Shown: one piece after another, positions 28,591 to 36,839 of the stretch
How positions within the stretch are numbered: position 1 is the first letter of the stretch
How the letters are laid out: every line of letters starts with the position of its first letter
Assembly (NCBI GenBank): GCA_049967475.1
Contig: JBMFSQ010000002.1
Span: forward strand, 1-64,000
DNA length: 64,000 nucleotides
Origin: Chthonomonadales bacterium
Lineage (GTDB): Bacteria > Armatimonadota > Chthonomonadetes > Chthonomonadales > CAJBBX01
Direction of reading: 5' to 3'
Translations under genes and position numbers: made by a program
The notes under the pieces: generated by a model
What the model was told of the DNA's origin: nothing
Databases searched by the model: none
The model's input: only the letters and a program-made list of their open reading frames with translations

Positions 28591-29361
28591 ATGGGCGCAA
28601 CCAACAGCCCCCAAGCGCATCCTCAGAATGTGCGCGTCATCGGAATGATCCCTGCCCGCCTCGCAGCCACCCGTCTGCCCAACAAGCCTCTGCTGGACAT
28701 CGAAGGCAAACCCATGGTCCAGCGCGTATGGGAGCGAGCGAAAAGCGCTTCATCCCTCTACGAAGTCATCGTGGTTACCCCAGACGACCGGATACGGGAA
28801 GCTGTAGAGGCTTTCGGGGGCCGCGTCATCATGACAGCCCATCATCATCGTTCCGGAACGGACCGCCTTGCTGAAGCCGCGTCTACGATCGAGGCCGATA
28901 TCATCGTCAATATCCAGGGCGACGAGCCGCTCATTCACCCGGCCGATATAGACGCAGCCGTGCAACCTCTGATGGATGACGCCTCCCTTCAGATGACCTC
29001 CCTCATGTGCCCCTGCCCTGATGAAGACCGCAGCAATCCCGCCACGGTGAAGGTCGTGTGCAACCTCAATGGGGACGCCCTCTACTTCTCACGGGCCCGC
29101 ATCCCCTTCACTCGCAACGATCCCGGCGCCCCCGTGATGCAACACATCGGCCTCTATGCCTACCGCAGAGACTTCCTTCTCACGTTTGCATCCCTCCCGC
29201 CGACGCCTCTCGAGCAGACTGAAGCATTGGAGCAATTGAGAGCGCTGGAACACGGGTATCGCATCCGGATGGTCCGAGTGCCGCGTGCGCCCCTTTCTGT
29301 AGACACGCCCAATGACCTCGCCCGCGTACGGGCCATCGTTCGCGAAAGCCGGGAGGAGTAA
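28591..29361 (+). CDS. kdsB: 3-deoxy-manno-octulosonate cytidylyltransferase
   Basis: IPARLAATRLPNKPL, SGTDRLAE, VNIQGDEP, ALYFSR, HIGLYAYR, LEQTEALEQLRALE, VDTPNDL. Confidence 0.96.
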   Translation: MGATNSPQAHPQNVRVIGMIPARLAATRLPNKPLLDIEGKPMVQRVWERAKSASSLYEVIVVTPDDRIREAVEAFGGRVIMTAHHHRSGTDRLAEAASTIEADIIVNIQGDEPLIHPADIDAAVQPLMDDASLQMTSLMCPCPDEDRSNPATVKVVCNLNGDALYFSRARIPFTRNDPGAPVMQHIGLYAYRRDFLLTFASLPPTPLEQTEALEQLRALEHGYRIRMVRVPRAPLSVDTPNDLARVRAIVRESREE

Positions 29362-29371
29362 ACGCCCCCGG

Positions 29372-30622
29372 CTAGAACGCAAAGAAGCGCAGGAGGAGCA
29401 AGCCCAGGTCCAGAACGCCGTTTGGCGCGTGCTTCTTCTCGGGAACCTGCACCATGTCGCCAGGATCCAGCGGGATGTCGGGCTGTTCGCCTTTGGCGAT
29501 CTTGTCGTAGTCTATGGTAAGTGCACGGGCATGGGCAGGGTCCGTCAACATATTCTTCAGGATCGTCACACCTTTGCGGTCCGCATTGGGCTTGAACCCT
29601 CCGGCTTCGGCGATTGCCTTGGTGAGCAGAACAGGTCCTTTGTAATCCATAGTAACCGGGTTTGGCACGGCCCCCACCACGGACCACCGGCGTCCGGTGT
29701 CTCGAGGAGCTACAAACAAAGCATCGCCGGGCTCCAGTAGTAAGTTGTCCGTAGCAGCGCCCTCCATTGCTCTAATCCCGTTGACGGTAATGGAGCGACG
29801 CTCCCCTACCTTGCACAGCGTAATCCGGTCTGGATCTCCCCGAGGAGTAAGCCCGCCGGCCTCCACGAGCGCCTGGCGCACAGTCATCCCGGATTGGTAT
29901 GCGTAGAAGCCGGGCTTCGTCACTGCCCCCTGCACAGCAACAACAGGCGCAGGTCCGGGCACTACGGTGAAGGTAACCACATCGCCGTTCTGCAGGGCCG
30001 GGTCGGTGAAACGATCCACGTTGCCGCGCAGAAAACTGCCGAAATCCGCCGAAAGAACCGTGCGCCCTCCATTCGGTCCCACCCGAGCGATGGACACGTG
30101 GGCGAGATCCGCCGTGGGCAGAGTACCTACCTCGGCCACCAAATCGGAAAGATGGGCTCCGTCCACCAGCGTGACGGGTCCATTCCGAAGCGTAGCGCCC
30201 TCGACCAGAACCTGAAAGCGTGGGATGCGAACAAGGACTACATCAACCGACACACCAGGCTTGAAGACGTTCGTGAGGACGGCTGCTATGCGACGGCGCG
30301 CCTCGGCAACCGTTGCCCCGGCCACCGTTACATCAACTCCCTGTGTCCCCGGGACCGGCAGCCTGATATGGCCGTTCGCGTCCACTGTGTATCGTCCCGT
30401 AACCTCCTTTACGGGCGATGCGTTTACCCGCACTCCCACTGCAAGCACGTACCCCGATGCAAGGATTGTGTTGGGTCTGGCAGCGGGGTCGGGTACGTCT
30501 GCGAGCGCTCCATGAAGCGTTGCCGCCAGCAGAATGCCTGCCACCGCCGGGAACAGGCGCAGTCCCTTTAGCGCCCCGCCGGATCGGATGCCGATGTCCT
30601 TTGCCGTATTGTGATGCCTCAT
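29372..30622 (-). CDS. Polysaccharide export (Wza-like) protein with SLBB repeats
   Basis: Signal peptide, Poly_export-like YTVDANGHIRLP...VAGATVAEA, three SLBB repeats (GAVTKPGFY..AGG, GAVPNP..AGGF, L.PGD). ATG at 30622 with a purine-rich RBS. Confidence 0.85.
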   Translation of the reverse strand: MRHHNTAKDIGIRSGGALKGLRLFPAVAGILLAATLHGALADVPDPAARPNTILASGYVLAVGVRVNASPVKEVTGRYTVDANGHIRLPVPGTQGVDVTVAGATVAEARRRIAAVLTNVFKPGVSVDVVLVRIPRFQVLVEGATLRNGPVTLVDGAHLSDLVAEVGTLPTADLAHVSIARVGPNGGRTVLSADFGSFLRGNVDRFTDPALQNGDVVTFTVVPGPAPVVAVQGAVTKPGFYAYQSGMTVRQALVEAGGLTPRGDPDRITLCKVGERRSITVNGIRAMEGAATDNLLLEPGDALFVAPRDTGRRWSVVGAVPNPVTMDYKGPVLLTKAIAEAGGFKPNADRKGVTILKNMLTDPAHARALTIDYDKIAKGEQPDIPLDPGDMVQVPEKKHAPNGVLDLGLLLLRFFAF

Positions 30623-30735
30623 CCTCCTGCCTCCCCGTTCACAACTATACCTCGCGGGCTGTGTCCGGCGGCTGAGCAGGATTCGTGGCGGCGGCCGTCG
30701 AAGCCCCATCCAGAGGGTACGCAGGAGGATGTTCG

Positions 30736-32196
30736 ATGGAGAAGCTTTCGCGCCGAAGGTTCCTTGAGGACACATTGTTGGCCTTGGCCACCGCAGCCAT
30801 CCCTACGGAGATGGCGTCCTATGCGTCGGCTCCCAAGGGCCGCAAAACCGGTCCTAATGACACAATCCGCATCGCTGTTTTGGGAGTTCACGGCAGAGGC
30901 ATCAGCCACCTCGAAGCGTGGAACTCCATGAACGACGTGGAGATTGCAGCGATCTGCGATCCGGATATGAATACGTGGGAGCGCGCCGTAAAGGCAGCCA
31001 CCAAAGGCGGCAAGAAAACCCCATACACCGTTCAGGACATGCGCCGCATCTTTGAGGACAAGAACATAGATGCCGTGTCCATCGCGACGCAGAACCACTG
31101 GCACGCTCTGGCAGGCATCTGGGCGATGCAATCTGGCAAGGATGTGTACGTAGAGAAGCCGGTGAGCCATAACGTAAGCGAGGGCCGGCGCCTGGTAGAA
31201 GCGGCGCGCAAATACAATCGCATCTGCCAGGCGGGAACCCAAAGCCGCTCCAGCCAGGGCCTCATCGAAGCCATGGCCTTTCTCCACGAAGGAGGGCTGG
31301 GCAAGATCCTTCTGGCGCGCGCCTTGTGCTACAAGCGGCGCACCTCCATCGGCATCAAGCCCGATGGCCCCGTGCCCCCCGGCGTGGACTACGACCTTTG
31401 GCTTGGCCCGGCTCCTGTTCGGCCCTTCAATCCGAACCGCTTCCACTACAACTGGCACTGGAATTGGGATTACGGGAATGGGGATATCGGAAACCAGGGT
31501 GTCCATGAAATGGATAAGGCGCGATGGGGTCTGAACAAGGCCCATTTCCCCCGCAACGTCTTGAGCCTTGGGGGGCGCTTCGGATATATAGACGACGGCC
31601 AGACGCCGAATACGCAACTGGCCTTCTTCGATTATGGCGACGCGCATCTCATTTTTGAGGTTCGTGGCCTAGAGACGCCCGCCCTGCAGCCGGTGCCGGG
31701 TGGGATCGGCGCCAAGATCGGCAACATCTTCTACGGGGCAAAGGGCGTTATGGTGATCCCCGACTACGGCAGCGCCTACGTATACGACACTTCGGGCAAC
31801 CTCGTACGGGAATTCAAGGGGGGCGGCGACCACTTCCGCAACTTCATCAATGCCATGCGAAGCCGCAAGATCAGCGATCTCCACGCCGAGATCCTGGACG
31901 GCCATCTTTCGTCTGCCTTGTGCCACCTCGCCAACATCTCTTATCGCCTGGGAGAACTGCAACCCTTCGATCCGAAGACGAAGGCATTCGGCGACGACCG
32001 CGAAGCGTATGAAACCTTCGGCCGCTTCGAAGAGCATCTTGCCGCCAATGGGATAGACCTCAAGGCGGATCGGTACCGCCTGGGACGGCGGCTCGTGGTT
32101 GACGGCGGCAGAGAGAGTTTCCGAGGCGATCCGGAAGCAGTGGCCATGCTTACCCGCAACTACAGGCCGCCGTTCGTAGTCCCCGACAAGGTTTAG
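30736..32196 (+). CDS. Tat-exported Gfo/Idh/MocA family oxidoreductase
   Basis: SRRRFL twin-arginine signal, GVHGRG, DAVSIATQNHWH, KDVYVEKP, QAGTQSRS, DYDLWLGPAP, GNQGVHEMD. Confidence 0.92.
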   Translation: MEKLSRRRFLEDTLLALATAAIPTEMASYASAPKGRKTGPNDTIRIAVLGVHGRGISHLEAWNSMNDVEIAAICDPDMNTWERAVKAATKGGKKTPYTVQDMRRIFEDKNIDAVSIATQNHWHALAGIWAMQSGKDVYVEKPVSHNVSEGRRLVEAARKYNRICQAGTQSRSSQGLIEAMAFLHEGGLGKILLARALCYKRRTSIGIKPDGPVPPGVDYDLWLGPAPVRPFNPNRFHYNWHWNWDYGNGDIGNQGVHEMDKARWGLNKAHFPRNVLSLGGRFGYIDDGQTPNTQLAFFDYGDAHLIFEVRGLETPALQPVPGGIGAKIGNIFYGAKGVMVIPDYGSAYVYDTSGNLVREFKGGGDHFRNFINAMRSRKISDLHAEILDGHLSSALCHLANISYRLGELQPFDPKTKAFGDDREAYETFGRFEEHLAANGIDLKADRYRLGRRLVVDGGRESFRGDPEAVAMLTRNYRPPFVVPDKV

Positions 32197-32270
32197 GCGA
32201 TCCGACGCCGTATCGGCTCCGTTCCCGCAATCCACAGGTACGCATGCCCGTTTCCGAGGAGGAAGTCTCG

Positions 32271-34286
32271 ATGCCTTTTGCCGCCGCTCAGCCCCCGGCC
32301 ACGCAGCCGGGCACCCTACACGTGGGCCCCTTCGGCCAACTCGTGTCCACGCGCTACACCCACCAGGAGGGGCTGGGAGCCGGTCCAGTCACAGCGATAC
32401 GCATCCAGAACAGCCAGGTATGGGTACAAATAGGCAATGGATGGTGGGTGCTGGAGGGGAACAAATGGAAGACCTCCGCGCCGCCGCAAGGAGCAGGCAT
32501 CCAGCTACCTCCAGGCATTCCTCAGCCGCCGGGCCCGCCCGTTCTGAGTTTCGCCGCATCGCCTAGGGGCGACATGCTGGCTGTGACGGCCGAGGGAGCC
32601 TTCCGATACCATGCCGGCGCTTGGCAGCCGCTTCAACTTCCACGCACCTACAAAGCCTTCCAGCCCGTGCCGAACATTGACGCAACGGTGCGAGCCGTAT
32701 GCAGCGACGGAACTTCCGTGTATCTTGCTACCGACCGCGGCCTCTATATTACCGATGGCGGCGATTGGTGGCATCCCCTCAACCGCGACGATGGAATGCC
32801 CTATGAAGACCTCCTCGCCCTATGCGTAGGACCCAATGGAGATGTGTGGGGCGGTACCACCCAGGGCGCATGGCGCCTGAGGGCCGGAAGATGGAGGTAT
32901 TTCTGGGGGCAGCGATGGATCCCAGGAAACAAAGTGTGGGCCGTTGCGGTAGCGCCCGACGGATCAGCGTGGCTGGGCACGGACCAAGGTGTCGCGCATA
33001 TCCAGGAACAGCCCATGACCCTGGCGCGCAAGGCTGAGCACTACGAGCGCATCACACGCCGGCGGCACAATCGTCGAGGCTATGTAACCGGCTGCGACCT
33101 GAACAAACCCGGAGATCTCAGCGCAGGATTTACCCCTGTAGCCAGCGACAACGACGGCCTCTGGACCGCCCTCTATGTAGCAGCCGAAAGCTTCCGCTAT
33201 GCTGTTACCCACTCCCCGGAGGCCAGGCAATATGCCCGCGAAAGCATGAACGCCCTCCTGGACCTGGTGCGTCTTACCGGTCAACCTGGCTTCCCGGCTC
33301 GAACGGTGGTGCGCCACGGAGAAGCAGTCCACGGATACAACCCCGCAGAAACGGTGCGCATCCCTGGAGGAACCGCACCTCTTTGGTTCCAATCGCCCAT
33401 AGACCCAAACGTGGTGTGCAAGGGCGACACCTCCTCCGACGAACTGGATGGGCACTACCTTGCCTGGTACGTTTACTATGAGCACGTAGCCGATCCTCAA
33501 GAAAAAGAAGAGATCCGTGCTACGGTGCGCGCGGTAACCAACAACATCCTCGACCACAATTACACCTTGGTGGGACCTACCGGTTACCATACCCGCTGGG
33601 GCGTGTTTGGGCCGCAGTTTCTCAATGATGATCCTACGTGGTTCGAGGAGCGTGGCCTCAACTCGGCGGAAATGCTGTGCTACCTCAAAGTCGCCCAGCA
33701 TATCTGCGGCGACAAGCGCTTCTTCGATGCGTATGAAACCCTCATCCGGGACCACCATTATCTGCAGAACACTCTCAATTACCGGCGGGATGTACCGTGG
33801 TGGGCTCTGAACCATTCCGACGACGAGCTGGCCTATTGCGTTTACTACCCGCTTCTCATGCTGGAGAAGGATCCCGGCCGCCGGGCAGTACTCCTTCGCG
33901 CCGTGACTGCCACATGGGAAGGCGGCCCCATTACTGCCGGCCTCAAGGAAGAGCGAAGCCCCTTCTATGCCTTCATTTACGGAGCCCTTACCGGCTCGCC
34001 ATGCCGGGTTGAGGATGCCGTAGACACTCTGGAGGATTGGCCCTGGGAGTTGATTGATTGGCCCGTTCGCAACAGCCACCGGCACGACGTAACCCTGCGC
34101 ACGGCCCGCGGCGGGCGCAACCAGACGGAGATTGACCGCGTGCTCCCAGCGAGCGAGCGGCGCGTGATCCGCTGGAACGGCGACCCATGGGAACCCGACG
34201 GAGGCGATCCCGGCGATGAAGAGGACGGAGCGGCCTGGCTCCTGCCGTATTGGCTGGGCCGGTTCCATGGCCTCATCGCCGGTTGA
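32271..34286 (+). CDS. Hypothetical protein: N-terminal beta-propeller repeats plus C-terminal helical (alpha/alpha barrel-like) domain
   Basis: Repeats YLATDRGL, VWGGTTQG, AWLGTDQG; then SDNDGLWT, KGDTSSDELDGH, NHSDDELA, WLLPYWLGR. ATG 32271 has a GAGGAGG RBS (32244 alternative). Confidence 0.72.
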   Translation: MPFAAAQPPATQPGTLHVGPFGQLVSTRYTHQEGLGAGPVTAIRIQNSQVWVQIGNGWWVLEGNKWKTSAPPQGAGIQLPPGIPQPPGPPVLSFAASPRGDMLAVTAEGAFRYHAGAWQPLQLPRTYKAFQPVPNIDATVRAVCSDGTSVYLATDRGLYITDGGDWWHPLNRDDGMPYEDLLALCVGPNGDVWGGTTQGAWRLRAGRWRYFWGQRWIPGNKVWAVAVAPDGSAWLGTDQGVAHIQEQPMTLARKAEHYERITRRRHNRRGYVTGCDLNKPGDLSAGFTPVASDNDGLWTALYVAAESFRYAVTHSPEARQYARESMNALLDLVRLTGQPGFPARTVVRHGEAVHGYNPAETVRIPGGTAPLWFQSPIDPNVVCKGDTSSDELDGHYLAWYVYYEHVADPQEKEEIRATVRAVTNNILDHNYTLVGPTGYHTRWGVFGPQFLNDDPTWFEERGLNSAEMLCYLKVAQHICGDKRFFDAYETLIRDHHYLQNTLNYRRDVPWWALNHSDDELAYCVYYPLLMLEKDPGRRAVLLRAVTATWEGGPITAGLKEERSPFYAFIYGALTGSPCRVEDAVDTLEDWPWELIDWPVRNSHRHDVTLRTARGGRNQTEIDRVLPASERRVIRWNGDPWEPDGGDPGDEEDGAAWLLPYWLGRFHGLIAG

Positions 34287-34308
34287 ACACGTACCGCCTT
34301 ATTGATGC

Positions 34309-34662
34309 CTACAGACCAAGGTCCGGCAGGTTCATTCCGCCAGTCACACGATCCATACGCTCCTTGGCCAGAGCAGCGGCCTTCTCTTCGGCCTCACGCA
34401 CGGCGGTGAGGATCAAGTCTTGCAGCATCTCCACATCTTCGGGGTCCACAGCATCAGGCCGTATGCGCAGATCGAGGAGCTTGCCCTCCCCGCTCACTAC
34501 AGCATGGACTGCGCCTCCGCCCGATGTGGCCTCAACGCGCGCCTCTGCGAGCTCCTGGCGCATCGCCTGCATCTCTTCTTGCATCTTCTGCGCCTGCTTC
34601 ATCAGCTTGGCCACGTCCCCTAGACCCCCAAATCCGCCTCGTCCTCCAAAGCCACGCCCCAT
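34309..34662 (-). CDS. ybaB: YbaB/EbfC nucleoid-associated protein
   Basis: MKQAQKMQEEM, EATSGGGAV, VDPEDVEMLQDLILTAV; downstream of dnaX. Confidence 0.95.
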   Translation of the reverse strand: MGRGFGGRGGFGGLGDVAKLMKQAQKMQEEMQAMRQELAEARVEATSGGGAVHAVVSGEGKLLDLRIRPDAVDPEDVEMLQDLILTAVREAEEKAAALAKERMDRVTGGMNLPDLGL

Positions 34663-34695
34663 GTGCCTCTCCTTTCCGTTGCCTCGTCGAGACCC

Positions 34696-36366
34696 CTACT
34701 CATCCTGGAGCATTCCAGGGAATGCATCTTCTACAGCCTTTAGGATGCCGATTTCCTCGGCGCCCTCCGTGTGCTGGGCAAGCGACTGCTGCGGCGTGGC
34801 GGGTTCGGCTGTATGATCCCCCGCGCCAGCCGAAGGCCCGCCACCAGCCGGTGCCAGGACGCAGCGCACTTTCAGACGCGCCCCTCCCAGCTCCCGCGCC
34901 AACGCCTCCTCCACCACCGCGAGGCGCTTCGGTGCCTGGGCTCGCTCCAACCGAAATTGGTCTGGAAAGCCCACCAATACCTGGCTACCCTCGAGCCCGA
35001 TCACCGTGCTGCCGTTTAGGACGCCCGCAGCGGCAGGATACCGGGCACTAATCCCCTTGCACACTTTTGGCCATATCCGCCGGATTGCCGCTGCATCAAG
35101 CTCCACGAGTGTTGCGGGCGGCGCCGGCGGCGAAGCCTCTTCCGGGCTGCCCGCGGTTGGGGCTGAGGGTTTCTGCCGCACCGCTTCTAAGTGCGCATGC
35201 GTGCTCGTGCCCGGTACAGAAGGCTGCTCTTGGGCTGCGGCTTCCGCCCGCGCAACCTCCTGCACCTTGATTGCCGAGGGGATAATGCTCCAGAAGGCCC
35301 GCTCCAACAAAAGCCGATGTTGATTGGTAAAGCGCAGGTCCCGCTCCGTGTCCGCCAGGACGGCGATCATGGCCAGCAACCGCTCCGCCGTAAAGAGGGC
35401 GGCTTGTTCTTTGAGCTCCTGGAAGCGTTGGGGAGATACTTCTGGGAGGGCTTCAGCGCTCTCAGCGATAGAGGCCACCAAAACATCGCGCAGGTGTAGC
35501 TGCAGCGCCGAAAGCACCTGCCGCACATCCTTGCCGCTATCCACCAACTTGCCCGCCAGTATGAACGCCTCGGCCATGTCGTCCCGGGCGATGGTTCGAA
35601 CGACCTCATCCAGCAGGTCGGGCCCTACGGATCCGATGGCAGAATGAACTGCGTCCACGGTGAGGCGGCCGTCTGAATATGCCAGCACCTGTTCCAATAA
35701 ACTAAGGGAGTCGCGATAGGATCCCTCAGCGGCTCGTGCCAACGCTGCTACGGCTTCATCCTCATAGGGTATCTGCTCGGCATCCAACACCCGCTTGAGG
35801 TTTGCGCTAAGATCCGCAAAGGTTCCGCGCCGAAAGTCCAATCTCTGGCAGCGGGAACGCACGGTGATGGGAACCTTGCGCGGCTCCGTGGTAGCCAGGA
35901 TAAAAACCACATGCGCCGGAGGTTCTTCCAGGGTTTTCAGGAGGGCATCGAAGGCTTTGGCGGAAAGATCGTGAACTTCATCAATAATGTATACCTTGTA
36001 CCGAGCCTCCACCGGCGCATACCGGGCGTTTTCGATGATTTTCTCGCGGACATCGTCTATCCCAGTCTCCGAAGCAGCGTCCATTTCGATGACGTCCATG
36101 GCAGACCCGTCTCGGATGCGCACGCACAAATCGCATACCCCGCACGGTTCCGGAGTGGGTGCTGGGAAGCTTTGGCAGTTGAGAGCCTTGGCCAGGAGGC
36201 GGGCCGTGGACGTTTTGCCGCATCCCCGCGGTCCACAGAAGAGATAGGCGTGGGCGATCTTTCCCGACCGAAGGGCATTCTGGAGCACCACCGTTACGTG
36301 GTTTTGCCCTACGACTTCGGCAAACGATTGTGACCGGTATTTGCGGTAGAGGGACACGTAGGCCAT
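34696..36366 (-). CDS. dnaX: DNA polymerase III subunit gamma/tau
   Basis: LYRKYR, HAYLFCGPRGCGKTSTAR, Zn module C..PCGVCDLC, IIDEVH, LLKTLEEPP, SRCQ. Confidence 0.97.
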   Translation of the reverse strand: MAYVSLYRKYRSQSFAEVVGQNHVTVVLQNALRSGKIAHAYLFCGPRGCGKTSTARLLAKALNCQSFPAPTPEPCGVCDLCVRIRDGSAMDVIEMDAASETGIDDVREKIIENARYAPVEARYKVYIIDEVHDLSAKAFDALLKTLEEPPAHVVFILATTEPRKVPITVRSRCQRLDFRRGTFADLSANLKRVLDAEQIPYEDEAVAALARAAEGSYRDSLSLLEQVLAYSDGRLTVDAVHSAIGSVGPDLLDEVVRTIARDDMAEAFILAGKLVDSGKDVRQVLSALQLHLRDVLVASIAESAEALPEVSPQRFQELKEQAALFTAERLLAMIAVLADTERDLRFTNQHRLLLERAFWSIIPSAIKVQEVARAEAAAQEQPSVPGTSTHAHLEAVRQKPSAPTAGSPEEASPPAPPATLVELDAAAIRRIWPKVCKGISARYPAAAGVLNGSTVIGLEGSQVLVGFPDQFRLERAQAPKRLAVVEEALARELGGARLKVRCVLAPAGGGPSAGAGDHTAEPATPQQSLAQHTEGAEEIGILKAVEDAFPGMLQDE

Positions 36367-36433
36367 GGCATAAACTGTCGGGGCGACGAGAGGAAGGCTC
36401 CTTTCATCCGTCCCGCCACCCCGCGAAGAAGAC

Positions 36434-36709
36434 GTGATCGTGCACCCTGCTTTTGATGCGCCTCCCCCCGGAAGCAGTCGCCCACAGCTCCGGCCAGGCG
36501 TTCACGCGGCACTCGGGGACGCACTCTTAGTGCTGCTGCCTTCCGGCCCTGACACGGTTCGAGTGGTCGCCGATGCGCGGGTCCCGGCCATCAACACTGC
36601 AGCGCGGTTGTTGAACCGAAAAGAGACCGCACCGGGAGCAGGGAATTCGACCCCGCTATAGCGGATTGCGGGTTCAGGGCACCGCTAGCTCCCCGTCTAG
36701 CACGATCAC
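36434..36709 (-). ncRNA. ffs: Signal recognition particle RNA, large (Bacillus-type, Alu-domain) form
   Basis: Minus strand starts GUGAUCGUGCUAGACGGGGAGCUAGCGGUGCCCUGAACCCGCAAUCCGCUAUAGCGGGGUCGAAUUC (Alu domain like B. subtilis scRNA). Contains helix-8 core GUGUCAGGGCCGGAAGGCAGCAGCAC. Termini pair perfectly over 10 bp (36434-36443 with 36700-36709). Upstream of dnaX. Confidence 0.93.
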
Positions 36710-36712
36710 TTT

Positions 36713-36718
36713 GTTATA
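36713..36718 (-). promoter_or_regulatory. -10 box for the SRP RNA
   Basis: TATAAC on the minus strand a few nt upstream of the predicted SRP 5' end. Confidence 0.5.
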
Positions 36719-36839
36719 CGCTATCTGCGCCGGGAATCCTCCGCGACGCATCCACGAGGGCAGCAGGAGTATGCATCCATTCATCGAACTATAGCGCGGC
36801 AAGCGATTGCTGCCAATGCCTTCTATGGGAGCTCATTCC

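Noticed and set aside
34696..36366. Programmed frameshift or slippage site giving a gamma subunit in dnaX
   Set aside because: No A AAA AAG heptamer or long A run was seen on the coding strand.
36434..36661. 75-aa ORF upstream of dnaX
   Set aside because: It lies antisense to the SRP RNA, which explains the region.
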